Positions 27,757 to 36,311 of a stretch of DNA of 36,311 bases are shown in pieces. Source of the DNA: Bacteroidota bacterium (GTDB lineage: Bacteria; Bacteroidota; Bacteroidia; Bacteroidales; VadinHA17); the NCBI GenBank assembly GCA_030613125.1, contig JAUWMO010000002.1:1-36311 (forward strand), read 5' to 3'. The notes beneath the pieces were generated by a model, which was given only the letters and a program-made list of their open reading frames with translations, did not search any database and was not told the DNA's origin. The translations under genes were made by a program, and so were the position numbers. Numbering within the stretch: the stretch's first letter is position 1; the number at the start of each line of letters is the position of its first letter.

Positions 27757-27800
27757 TCAAAAGATTTAAATTTAGATAAAAACTTTAATGTTACAGATAT

Positions 27801-28922
27801 TTATTCTTTTTTCATTTGAAATTCCACACCTCTTTCATGCAGATAGTTAATGATATAATTGTAGTTATCCGGATTTTCTCCGACATATTCAGGAGGATTG
27901 ATCCCTTTTTCAGAAAACTTGCCTTCAAGGATCAGGTTCACAACAGCTGTGCATGTATAACCGGTTGTTCTGGCCATAGAAATGGTTTCTGTTATTTTAT
28001 TATAGCGGTCAAGCAGGTTATAATTATAGGTTGTTGATTTACCGCTTTCGAAACCCTCAATAGTTATTCTCATTACTGTAAAATCTTCCTCTCCGGGATT
28101 AAGTTCCCATTTTGGAAATAAAAGTCTGGCTGTCAAATCAATTGGACGTATTTTTTTCCCATAGATATCCAGCTCATTATAAGAAAAAAATCCTGTTTCT
28201 CTTAATACTTTCAGGTATTCAATTGTGCCCGGATACCGAAGTGTTTTCTCAATCATATTTGGTATGTTCATGGTACGAATAAGTGACCTCAGACCATCTG
28301 AATTCCATGCCTCAAGAGTTCCAATCCCTTCAAATTGCACCAGTTCTGCATCGGATAATGCCTCACGGGTTACTAAAGCGCCGTTTTCTATATAACGAGC
28401 TGGCCTTACATATTCCTCTATAACGTCTATTGGAGAAAATACTGCTTTATACTCATATGGCCACTCCCTTATAACAGGTAATCCTCCAACAAGGCATTCA
28501 AACCTTTTTATATCCATTTTCCGGTTATGAAATCCAAGGATAATATTTCCCATTCCCGGGGCTATACCACAATCGGTAACAATGCATACCTTTTTTTTTC
28601 TTGCAAGTTCGTCCAGATTGGCAGGATCCTGGGGCATAAAGGAGATATCAACCATATCTTTGCCGGCTTCAATAACGTTTTTAACTGTATTATAGCCCAT
28701 ATAACCCGGAACAGCCCCAACAATTAAATCAAAATTTTTAATAAGCTTCAGCGTTGCGTCTGCTGTTGAAAGGTCAGCTTTGACTGTTTTTATGCCACTT
28801 GATTTAAGTTTATCAAGTACATCAGGATTGATATCAGCGGCTGTAACGTCATAACTCTTATTCAGGTCAAGGGTAATTGCTTTACCTATAAGGCCAGCTC
28901 CCAGTACAATTATTTTTTTCAT
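27801..28922 (-). CDS. Saccharopine dehydrogenase-family NAD(P)-dependent oxidoreductase
   Basis: N-terminal Rossmann motif KIIVLGAGLIGKAI. The 373-aa two-domain pattern is typical of the Sacchrp_dh_NADP/Sacchrp_dh_C family. Substrate not determinable. Confidence 0.7.
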   Translation of the reverse strand: MKKIIVLGAGLIGKAITLDLNKSYDVTAADINPDVLDKLKSSGIKTVKADLSTADATLKLIKNFDLIVGAVPGYMGYNTVKNVIEAGKDMVDISFMPQDPANLDELARKKKVCIVTDCGIAPGMGNIILGFHNRKMDIKRFECLVGGLPVIREWPYEYKAVFSPIDVIEEYVRPARYIENGALVTREALSDAELVQFEGIGTLEAWNSDGLRSLIRTMNIPNMIEKTLRYPGTIEYLKVLRETGFFSYNELDIYGKKIRPIDLTARLLFPKWELNPGEEDFTVMRITIEGFESGKSTTYNYNLLDRYNKITETISMARTTGYTCTAVVNLILEGKFSEKGINPPEYVGENPDNYNYIINYLHERGVEFQMKKE

Positions 28923-29000
28923 AATTGATAGAATAAATTATTTGATTGTGGCAGGTAAAACATTGAATCATAGTGGTTGAAACATAGATTTTGATTCAAT

Positions 29001-30536
29001 CTATCCTAATATTATCCCAACTATTGTAGCTGAAAGAAGCGATGCCAGAGTTCCGGCCAGCAGTGCTTTCATTCCTAACTGGGATAATAAAACACGCTTA
29101 CCGGGGGCCAAAGATCCTATTCCCCCAATCTGTATTCCAATTGAGGCAAAATTGGCAAACCCACAAAGCATATAAGTTGCCATAATAATAGACTTTTGTT
29201 CAATAAACGCTCCGGCTTCCTTCATCTCGGCAAGGCTGACATAACCTATAAACTCTGTCATTATTATCTTTTCACCTAACATTCGCCCAACCAGTGTAAT
29301 ATCTTCAGTTGCAACTCCTAATAACCACATTAAAGGGGCAAAAGCATACCCTAAAATAAATTGAAGTGATAATGTGTCGTATTGACCATGTGTAAAACTG
29401 GATATTGTGTCATTTAAGGTTGTCCAATCACCGATTTTAGCAAATATATAATTGAACATGGCAATAAATGCAAGGAAAACAAGAAGCATTGCTGCTACAT
29501 TTATAGCCAGACGCAGACCTTGACCTGTTCCATTTGAAATGGCATCTAATACATTTTTTCCAATTCGATCTCTTGAAATATCAATTTCTTTACTTATATC
29601 TTCTGTTTGGGGAATAAGTATTTTAGATATAACGACAACCCCTGGTGCAGCCATAATAGATGCAGTTAGAAGATGTTTTGCAAATAATAGCCGCTGGGCC
29701 GGATCATCTCCACCCAGGAAGCTAATATAAACAGCTAAAACTCCGCCAGCCAGGGTAGCCATTCCTCCCGACATAACCAATAGCATTTCTGAACGCGTCA
29801 TTTTTTCAAGGTAGGCCTTTATCATCAGCGGCGATTCTGTTTGGCCAAGAAAGATATTTCCCACAACAGACAGGCTCTCGGCGCCTGATAACCTGAGCAA
29901 ACGGGTCATAACCCAGGCCAGGGCATATACCACTTTCTGAATGATCCCAAAATAAAATAAAACACTTGTTAAAGCAGAAAAGAAAATAATTGTGGGTAAA
30001 ATGGTTATTGCAAAATTTAACAATGGGGGTTCAATTTCGCCGGTGGCCATAGATTTAAAAAGGAACTTTGTTCCCTCATTCGTAAAATCAAGTATTTTTA
30101 CAAAGATCTGTCCGATGAATTCAAAAAAGACCTGAATAAGATGCACCTGCAAGACACCAATAGCCAAAAGTATTTGAATGGTCAAGCCCGTTATGACAAT
30201 TTTCCATGAAATTGCTTTTCGGTTGCTGCTGAAAACGTAGGCTATAAAAACCAGGACCATCATTCCCAGAAGACCCCTGATTAAAGACATAAAGCTAAAT
30301 CCGCTTCCAAAAGCATCTTGATCCAACAAAACCTGCTTATGCCCCTTGTTGGTAATTGATACTGGTTTTTTGGCGATATCAACAGAGATGGAGTCAACTA
30401 ATAAGAATTGTTGTTGAATGATCAGGCTATCTGTTATGACTGTATCACTATCGGATGATTCTTTCTGAGCATTAAGCAGGTTACAATTAATAAACAGGCC
30501 TAACATTAATAAAGGAAAAAAGAAAATTCTTTTCAT
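29001..30536 (-). CDS. NupC/CNT-family concentrative nucleoside transporter with ~85-aa N-terminal extension bearing a signal peptide
   Basis: CNT motifs (SNRKAISWK, GNIFLGQTESPL, C-terminal FANFASIGIQIGG). Polytopic. Confidence 0.85.
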   Translation of the reverse strand: MKRIFFFPLLMLGLFINCNLLNAQKESSDSDTVITDSLIIQQQFLLVDSISVDIAKKPVSITNKGHKQVLLDQDAFGSGFSFMSLIRGLLGMMVLVFIAYVFSSNRKAISWKIVITGLTIQILLAIGVLQVHLIQVFFEFIGQIFVKILDFTNEGTKFLFKSMATGEIEPPLLNFAITILPTIIFFSALTSVLFYFGIIQKVVYALAWVMTRLLRLSGAESLSVVGNIFLGQTESPLMIKAYLEKMTRSEMLLVMSGGMATLAGGVLAVYISFLGGDDPAQRLLFAKHLLTASIMAAPGVVVISKILIPQTEDISKEIDISRDRIGKNVLDAISNGTGQGLRLAINVAAMLLVFLAFIAMFNYIFAKIGDWTTLNDTISSFTHGQYDTLSLQFILGYAFAPLMWLLGVATEDITLVGRMLGEKIIMTEFIGYVSLAEMKEAGAFIEQKSIIMATYMLCGFANFASIGIQIGGIGSLAPGKRVLLSQLGMKALLAGTLASLLSATIVGIILG

Positions 30537-30548
30537 TAGCTGGTTCGG

Positions 30549-31154
30549 TTATTCTTTTTTCCTGCGGTTAATTTCATCCCGAATTATCGAAGCTCTTTCA
30601 TAATTTTCATTTTTCACGGCCTCTTCCAGCATTTTTTTAAGTTCCTGGACTGAAAGTTCCTTAAGCTCGTCACTTGGTTCATGTGATTTTGATTCGGTTG
30701 GATGAAACTTCTCCGGGGTTAGTTCTTCATCAAGTTCCTGATTTTCATCCAGGATAATCCCAGCTTGTTTAATAATCTCATCTGTTGTATAAATAGGGCA
30801 TTTGAACCTTAACGCCAAAGCAATTGCGTCTGAGGTACGTGCATCCACCGACACCTTCCTGTTATCATGTTTACAAACTAATTTGGAATAAAAAACACCT
30901 TCAAATAAGCGATAAATAGTTACTTCCAGAAGATTGATATCAAAAGATTTTGCGAAATTGTGGAATAGATCATGAGTAAGAGGCCTTGGAGGATTCAATC
31001 CTTCAAGCTGAATAGCAATAGCTTGTGCTTCAAATCCTCCTATGATAATAGGGATTCTTCTGTTCCCCTGTTCCTCAGTTAAGATAAGCGCATAAGCGCC
31101 AGTTTGTGTCTGGCTATAAGAGATACCTAGTACATTCAATCTGATCTTACTCAT
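30549..31154 (-). CDS. Bifunctional nuclease (BFN/DUF151) domain protein with C-terminal UVR motif
   Basis: N-terminal IPIIIGGFEAQAI...PRPLTHDL pattern of DUF151. C-terminal UvrB/UvrC-like helix LKKMLEEAVKNENYERASIIRDEI. Confidence 0.7.
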   Translation of the reverse strand: MSKIRLNVLGISYSQTQTGAYALILTEEQGNRRIPIIIGGFEAQAIAIQLEGLNPPRPLTHDLFHNFAKSFDINLLEVTIYRLFEGVFYSKLVCKHDNRKVSVDARTSDAIALALRFKCPIYTTDEIIKQAGIILDENQELDEELTPEKFHPTESKSHEPSDELKELSVQELKKMLEEAVKNENYERASIIRDEINRRKKE

Positions 31155-31322
31155 TCAATTTTACAATTATTCTGGTGACTCAAGATTATCTTTCCATACA
31201 AATATAATGAAATCATTTTTACATGAAAGAGGGGTTTGAATTGATAATGGCTGAATGCATCAATACGGTTTTATATGATTAAATAAATTATGAATTTTAT
31301 CACTCTTATTGCCTTTAATGTA

Positions 31323-31352
31323 TTTGTATATCAATTAAAATTTATATTTTTG
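31323..31352 (+). promoter_or_regulatory. Putative Bacteroidota sigma-A-type promoter for rplU-rpmA
   Basis: TTTG at 31323-31326, an 18-nt spacer, then TATTTTTG (TAnnTTTG) at 31345-31352, 26 nt upstream of the rplU ATG. Confidence 0.4.
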
Positions 31353-31378
31353 CAGTCCGAAACTTAAAATCGTGTCAG

Positions 31379-31996
31379 ATGTATGCAATTGTAGATGTAG
31401 CAGGTCAGCAATTTAAGATTGAAAAAGGACAAAAAATATTTGTTCACCGGATAAACCAGAAAGAGGGAGAGATAGTAGATATTGATAAGGTTTTGTTAAT
31501 TGAACAAGACACTGAAATTATCATTGGGGAACCTGTGATTAAAGGAGCCAGGGTTTCAGCTAAAGTATTAGGCCATCCCCGTGGAGATAAAGTAAAAGTT
31601 TTTAAACAGAAGAGAAGAAAGGGATACAAGGTTTTGAATGGCCATCGTCAAAATTTAACTCACCTTCTGATTGAATCTATTGATGAAAAAGTGTCTGCTA
31701 AAAAAGAACCAGAAAAGAAAATTGTTACACGTAAGGAGGTTTCCAAACCGGAGGTTAAAAAATCAGCAGAGAAAAAAACTGTAGTAAAAACAAGTACAGC
31801 TAAGGAAGCTAAACCAGAAGCTGCCCTACGAAAAGCAACAACCAGTACAACAACCGCGAAAACAACAACTGCAAAAAAAACTGCTTCAAAAAAGACAACT
31901 GTTACTAAAATCTCAGCTTTCGAAGAGAAGAGTGCACCGAAAACTACAACAAAAAAGGCACCAGCTAAAAGTGCAACTAAGAAAGAAAAAAAGTAA
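31379..31996 (+). CDS. rplU: 50S ribosomal protein L21 with ~100-aa Lys/Ala/Thr-rich C-terminal extension
   Basis: The N-terminal ~103 aa are canonical L21 (MYAIVDVAGQQFKIEKG...GHRQNLT). The remainder is a low-complexity basic tail. Confidence 0.9.
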   Translation: MYAIVDVAGQQFKIEKGQKIFVHRINQKEGEIVDIDKVLLIEQDTEIIIGEPVIKGARVSAKVLGHPRGDKVKVFKQKRRKGYKVLNGHRQNLTHLLIESIDEKVSAKKEPEKKIVTRKEVSKPEVKKSAEKKTVVKTSTAKEAKPEAALRKATTSTTTAKTTTAKKTASKKTTVTKISAFEEKSAPKTTTKKAPAKSATKKEKK

Positions 31997-32036
31997 AGAA
32001 TATTTGAAAATTGAATAATTATTAAAATTAAATAAA

Positions 32037-32297
32037 ATGGCACACAAAAAAGGAGCGGGTAGTTCAAGAAATGGCAGGGAATCGGAAAGTAAACGATTAG
32101 GTATTAAACTATTTGGAGGCCAGATTGCTAAAGCAGGAAATATTCTTGTTCGACAAAGAGGTACTAAACACCATCCTGGTCAGAATGTTGGAATAGGGAA
32201 GGACCATACTCTTTTTGCCCTGGTTAAAGGACAAGTTCAGTTTACTAAAAAAAGAAGTAATAAATCATACGTTTCCGTTATTCCTGATACAAACTAG
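32037..32297 (+). CDS. rpmA: 50S ribosomal protein L27
   Basis: [24 protein letters not shown]...QRGTK.HPG is the canonical L27 sequence. Confidence 0.95.
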   Translation: MAHKKGAGSSRNGRESESKRLGIKLFGGQIAKAGNILVRQRGTKHHPGQNVGIGKDHTLFALVKGQVQFTKKRSNKSYVSVIPDTN

Positions 32298-32322
32298 GTT
32301 ATTAAATAAGGAATTTATTTTT

Positions 32323-32372
32323 CTCCTGTTTAATTTACTGCCGAAAAGCAGTAAATTTACAGGAGTTTTTTT
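32323..32372 (+). terminator. Rho-independent terminator after rpmA
   Basis: Long hairpin CTCCTGT..AATTTACTGC-CGAAAA-GCAGTAAATT.ACAGGAG (32323-32365) followed by TTTTTTT (32366-32372). Confidence 0.85.
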
Positions 32373-32430
32373 ATCTAATACTACCCAATAATTTACTTTT
32401 TGTTTATACTAAATTTCTAAACCCTTCTTT

Positions 32431-33705
32431 ATGCTCAATATTAAATTTATCCGTGAGAACCGGGATCTGGTTATAGAAAGATTAAAAATTAAAAATTTCG
32501 ATGCCAAAGAAATAATAAACGAAATTATCAGGCTGGATGATCTGCGAAAACAAACTCAGGCTGAGCAGGATAAATTGCAATCAGAAATTAATACTATTTC
32601 CAAAAAGATTGGACAGTTGTTTAAGGAAGGGAAAACGAAGGAAGTTGATATTTCCAAAGAGAGGTCTTTATTTCTTAAGGAGGAGGTTAAACAACTTCAT
32701 AAGTCAATGCAGGATCTTGAAAAAAAACTTAATGACCTGTTAATCCAGGTTCCTAATATCCCTCATGAATCGGTAACGCCCGGTAAGGGAGAAAACGAGA
32801 ATATTGAAATACGAAAATGGGGTAAAATTCCTGAACTAAATTCCGGAGCTTTGCCACACTGGGAACTTGGGAAAAAATATGATATTCTGGATTTTGATCT
32901 TGGTAATAAACTTACTGGTGCAGGCTTTCCTGTTTTTATGAACAAGGGTGCAAAGTTACAGAGGTCACTGATTCAATTTTTTCTTGACGAAGCTGTAAAT
33001 GCTGGTTATAAGGAAATATTACCTCCGTTAATGGTTAATGAAGATTCAGGCTTTGGAACCGGTCAGTTACCTGATAAAGAAGGACAGATGTATCATATAC
33101 CTTCCGACAATTTATATTTAATACCGACTTCAGAAGTTCCGGTTACTAATATTTACCGGGACGTTATTTTAAATGCAACTGATTTTCCTGTTAAGAATAC
33201 CTCTTTTACACCATGTTTCCGTCGTGAAGCAGGATCATATGGAAAAGATGTTCGGGGACTGAACCGGGTACACCAGTTTGACAAGGTTGAAATAGTACAG
33301 ATACAGCACCCTGACCACTCTTATAATACCCTGGATGAAATGGTTGATCATGTTGAGAGTCTGCTAATAAAACTTGAACTGCCATTCCGGATCATGAGAC
33401 TTTGCGGAGGCGATATTTCATTTGCTTCTGCCCTGACTTATGATTTCGAAGTTTATGCGGCAGCACAAAAAAAATGGCTTGAGGTAAGTTCTGTATCCAA
33501 TTTTGAAGCTTTTCAGGCAAACAGGCTAAAATTGCGATTTAAAGAATCAGGTGGAAAGAAAACACAACCGGCTCATACTTTGAATGGGAGTGCATTGGCC
33601 CTTCCCAGAATAGTTGCTGCTATACTGGAAAACAATCAAACCCCTGAGGGCATCTTAATACCCCAAATACTAACAGATTATACAGGATTTAATATCATTT
33701 GTTAA
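32431..33705 (+). CDS. serS: Seryl-tRNA synthetase
   Basis: N-terminal coiled-coil arm. Class II motifs (FRREAGS, GSALALPR). 424 aa. Confidence 0.95.
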   Translation: MLNIKFIRENRDLVIERLKIKNFDAKEIINEIIRLDDLRKQTQAEQDKLQSEINTISKKIGQLFKEGKTKEVDISKERSLFLKEEVKQLHKSMQDLEKKLNDLLIQVPNIPHESVTPGKGENENIEIRKWGKIPELNSGALPHWELGKKYDILDFDLGNKLTGAGFPVFMNKGAKLQRSLIQFFLDEAVNAGYKEILPPLMVNEDSGFGTGQLPDKEGQMYHIPSDNLYLIPTSEVPVTNIYRDVILNATDFPVKNTSFTPCFRREAGSYGKDVRGLNRVHQFDKVEIVQIQHPDHSYNTLDEMVDHVESLLIKLELPFRIMRLCGGDISFASALTYDFEVYAAAQKKWLEVSSVSNFEAFQANRLKLRFKESGGKKTQPAHTLNGSALALPRIVAAILENNQTPEGILIPQILTDYTGFNIIC

Positions 33706-33735
33706 CTGATTGGCGTGGATTTTAATTTTAATTAG

Positions 33736-33765
33736 AAAGCCACCTTCTTAGAGGGTAGATTTTTA
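33736..33765 (+). terminator. Degenerate copy of the 25624 terminator module after serS
   Basis: AAAGCCACCTTCTTAGAGGGTAG matches 25624-25646 at 22 of 23 positions. Only the inner 6-bp stem (ACCTTC/GAGGGT) survives. It is followed by ATTTTTA. Confidence 0.45.
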
Positions 33766-33850
33766 TTAAAATGGGGTGAAATTATCGTTTACAATATCCG
33801 AATCTGCTCCTTTTGTATTTGTTCATATATATGTCTGCAAATAACAGCTA

Positions 33851-34729
33851 ATGATGAATCAAAAAAAGGCATATCTTTTTGCCGGCCTGGCAATCTTTTT
33901 CTGGTCTACAGTCGCAAGTGCCTTTAAAATTGCCCTGCGGTTCGTTGATCCTCTTAATTTGGTAATGTATGCCTCCATAACATCTTTTATAGTCTTATTG
34001 ATTATCGTTTTGTTTCAGGGAAAGCTGATTAATCTATTGAATTATTCACTAAAAGATTACCGAAACTCGATGTTACTTGGTTTTCTTAATCCTTTTTTAT
34101 ATTACATCATACTTTTCAAGGCATATTCACTTCTCCCTGCACAGGTTGCCCAGCCCTTAAACATGATATGGCCTATTGTACTTGTATTTCTTTCAATACC
34201 ATTGTTGGGTCAGAAGATCAAAGGGCGTAGTTTCATCGCCCTGTTTATCAGCTTTGTTGGAGTTGTATTTATTTCTTCTCAGGGTGATTTTATTCATATC
34301 GGGAATTCTGATACTGTTGGAATTTCACTGGCTCTTGTGAGTTCAATAATATGGGCACTGTTCTTTATTTTTAATGTACGGGACAAGAGGGATGAAGAAT
34401 TGAAGCTGCTGTTGAACTTCTTTTTCTCCAGTTTTTTCATCGTTCTTCTTAATATATCAATGAACAATATACATTTACCGGAATTAAAAGGAATACTTAC
34501 CGCAATTTATATTGGGGTATTTGAAATGGGAATTGCGTTTTTATTCTGGTTAAAAGCATTAAAATTAAGCCGTTCATCCGATTTAATCAGTAATCTTGTT
34601 TATCTTGCCCCTTTTTTATCACTTCTTTTTATTCATTATTTAATTGGAGAAAAAATATTTATAACAACTATTATTGGTTTATGTTTGATAGTATCTGGAA
34701 TAATATTTCAAAGAATGCGTTCTAAATAA
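33851..34729 (+). CDS. EamA/DMT-superfamily transporter
   Basis: 292 aa with about ten predicted TM helices in two repeated halves, the typical EamA pattern. Substrate unknown. Confidence 0.7.
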   Translation: MMNQKKAYLFAGLAIFFWSTVASAFKIALRFVDPLNLVMYASITSFIVLLIIVLFQGKLINLLNYSLKDYRNSMLLGFLNPFLYYIILFKAYSLLPAQVAQPLNMIWPIVLVFLSIPLLGQKIKGRSFIALFISFVGVVFISSQGDFIHIGNSDTVGISLALVSSIIWALFFIFNVRDKRDEELKLLLNFFFSSFFIVLLNISMNNIHLPELKGILTAIYIGVFEMGIAFLFWLKALKLSRSSDLISNLVYLAPFLSLLFIHYLIGEKIFITTIIGLCLIVSGIIFQRMRSK

Positions 34730-34776
34730 ATCAGGCATAGAATTTGTAATATAAGGAGTCAATAAAAATGTAAATT

Positions 34777-36072
34777 ATGAGATTCTATAAAAAAAGTACC
34801 GGCTTATTATTATTTGTTTTTCTTTTACCTCTTTTATTTACACACTGCAAGAAAGAAGATGTTATAATACCTGAAGAAACACCACTTGCAATAATGGCAA
34901 GGAATGAGTTTTTCTTGCTGATGAACGAATGGTATCTGTGGTATGAAAAAATACCGGTGGTTAATGTTGAAGATTACAATTCCCCTGAGCAGTTATTAGA
35001 GGCTATACGTTACGATTCGATTGATAAATGGAGTTATATTGCTCCTCTTGATGATTTTCTCAGCTACTATCAGGAGGGTGAATATGAAGGGCATGGTTTT
35101 GGTTATACGTATGATCAGGATGGAAAAGTATGGATCACTTTTGTTTTTGAAGATGGTGATTTTTATGAGAAGGGAGTTAAAAGAGGGTGGCAGATCATTA
35201 AAATAAATGGCAGCGATATTCAGCCATTTACAGATCTTTCTTCTTATATGAATGGTTCATCTCTGGGTACTGTTGATTATTTTTCTTTTTGGAAGCCTGG
35301 TGGCACATCAGCCGAAATTTCAAGTACCAGGAAAGTTGTAAAAATGAATACTGTCCTTTATTCAGATACAATTCATGTGGGTGGAAAAGTAGTCGGGCAT
35401 CTTGTTTTTAAGAGCTTTATTGAACCTTCCATTGCAGAGTTAGACACTGTTTTTTCATTTTTTCAATCTGCCGGGATCCAGGAACTGATCCTTGACCTGA
35501 GGTATAATGGTGGAGGGAGGATGGATGTAACTATGAAACTTGCAAGCCTGATTTCCGGACCGGCAACAGATGGAAAAACCCTGGTAAAATATATACATAA
35601 TAATAAAAAATCGAGCCAGAACTCAGTTGTTAACCTGGAAAATGAACCCCAGGCATTAAACCTGAACCGCCTGATTGTGATTGCCTCACAAGGAACAGCT
35701 TCGGCCAGTGAGGTTATTATTAACGGATTAGAATCACATATAAACGTTATTACAATTGGCGATAATACTTATGGGAAACCTGTTGGGATGTATACCTGGT
35801 CCTATGCTGACACCTATGCCTTTGTTCCGGTAAGTTTTAAGATGTCGAATGTTAATAACGTGGGAGACTATTATGATGGGCTTCAGGCAGATTCTTATAT
35901 CGAAGATGGTTTGGAATGGGAGTTTTCTGACAGGAATGAACTCAGGTTAAAGGAAGCGATTTATTATCTTGAGACTGGTAATTTTACTGGCTCCCCTGGT
36001 CCGTTAAAATCTGGTAGATTAATGCCTGTTTTTCAAAAACAAGGCTTAAAGTTTGAAATTGGAGCTGAATAA
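34777..36072 (+). CDS. S41-family peptidase-like lipoprotein (tail-specific protease fold)
   Basis: Signal peptide with lipobox-like LLFTHC. S41 core blocks LILDLRYNGGG and GTASASEVIINGL (Ser nucleophile region), then GDNTYGKP. Confidence 0.7.
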   Translation: MRFYKKSTGLLLFVFLLPLLFTHCKKEDVIIPEETPLAIMARNEFFLLMNEWYLWYEKIPVVNVEDYNSPEQLLEAIRYDSIDKWSYIAPLDDFLSYYQEGEYEGHGFGYTYDQDGKVWITFVFEDGDFYEKGVKRGWQIIKINGSDIQPFTDLSSYMNGSSLGTVDYFSFWKPGGTSAEISSTRKVVKMNTVLYSDTIHVGGKVVGHLVFKSFIEPSIAELDTVFSFFQSAGIQELILDLRYNGGGRMDVTMKLASLISGPATDGKTLVKYIHNNKKSSQNSVVNLENEPQALNLNRLIVIASQGTASASEVIINGLESHINVITIGDNTYGKPVGMYTWSYADTYAFVPVSFKMSNVNNVGDYYDGLQADSYIEDGLEWEFSDRNELRLKEAIYYLETGNFTGSPGPLKSGRLMPVFQKQGLKFEIGAE

Positions 36073-36087
36073 ACTTTTAATATTCAC

Positions 36088-36311
36088 TTGGAGAAAGAAC
36101 GTATAATATTAGGTGTTGATCCAGGAACAACAATTACCGGCTTTGGAATTATTAAAATATCAGCCAATAAACCTGAATTGATAACTTTGGGAGTAATTAA
36201 ATTACAGAAATTTAAGGATCCTTACCTGAAACTCCGGGAAATTTTCAGCAAAACCCTTGACCTGATTGATGATTTCCATCCTGATGAGTTGGCAATTGAG
36301 GCCCCTTTCTA
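36088..36311 (+). CDS. ruvC: Crossover junction endodeoxyribonuclease RuvC (5' part, truncated by the window end)
   Basis: Translation from TTG at 36088 gives MEKERIILGVDPGTTITGFGII...DELAIEAPF, matching the RuvC N-terminus with catalytic Asp and Glu positions. It is not in the ORF track because it runs off the window. Confidence 0.8.
   Translation, partial: MEKERIILGVDPGTTITGFGIIKISANKPELITLGVIKLQKFKDPYLKLREIFSKTLDLIDDFHPDELAIEAPF

Noticed and set aside
31660-32067. 135-aa hydrophobic ORF antisense to rplU
   Set aside because: It is the reverse-complement shadow of the Lys/Ala/Thr-rich L21 tail (AAA/GCN/ACN codons read as Phe/Ala/Val). It also overlaps the rpmA start, and no independent signals support it.
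1-36311. Mobile element, prophage, defence island or toxin-antitoxin content
   Set aside because: No integrase, transposase, phage structural, restriction-modification, Cas, abortive-infection or TA-like ORFs were seen, and no tRNA is present to serve as an integration site. The gene content is conserved housekeeping with very tight spacing.

Overview
AT-rich, tightly packed chromosomal segment that looks like core genome of a Bacteroidota bacterium. Supporting this assignment: an rsfS-ftsH-cdsA-psd block, a type B L31, a GH97 glucosidase, TAnnTTTG-type -7 boxes, and a eukaryote-like GT3 glycogen synthase. I call 30 protein genes, one truncated at the window end. They cover phosphatidylethanolamine synthesis (pssA, cdsA, psd), proteostasis (ftsH, lon, an S41 peptidase), translation (rpmE-type B, rplU, rpmA, serS, rsfS), cofactor and nucleotide metabolism (birA-like, coaD, pyrE, purS, NUDIX, NupC-type transporter), and a compact non-classical glycogen locus. 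That locus comprises a GH133-type debrancher, a GT4, a GH57, a fused GT3 synthase/GT35 phosphorylase of 1413 aa, and a convergent GH97 alpha-glucosidase. I found no rRNA, tRNA, CRISPR array, transposase, integrase, or recognisable defence or toxin genes, so I judge this a mostly ordinary housekeeping region. The features the ORFs do not explain are non-coding. One is a GC-enriched, hairpin-dense ~290-nt orphan segment between convergent genes (1290-1580). Another is a multi-hairpin element closed by opposed tandem octamer arrays downstream of the glycogen operon (25410-25652). There is also a small family of intergenic inverted repeats with a CCCTCAT/ATGAGGG-type core, and a reused terminator module. 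All non-coding calls come from hand inspection only and need Rfam/Infernal, comparative and transcriptomic checks.
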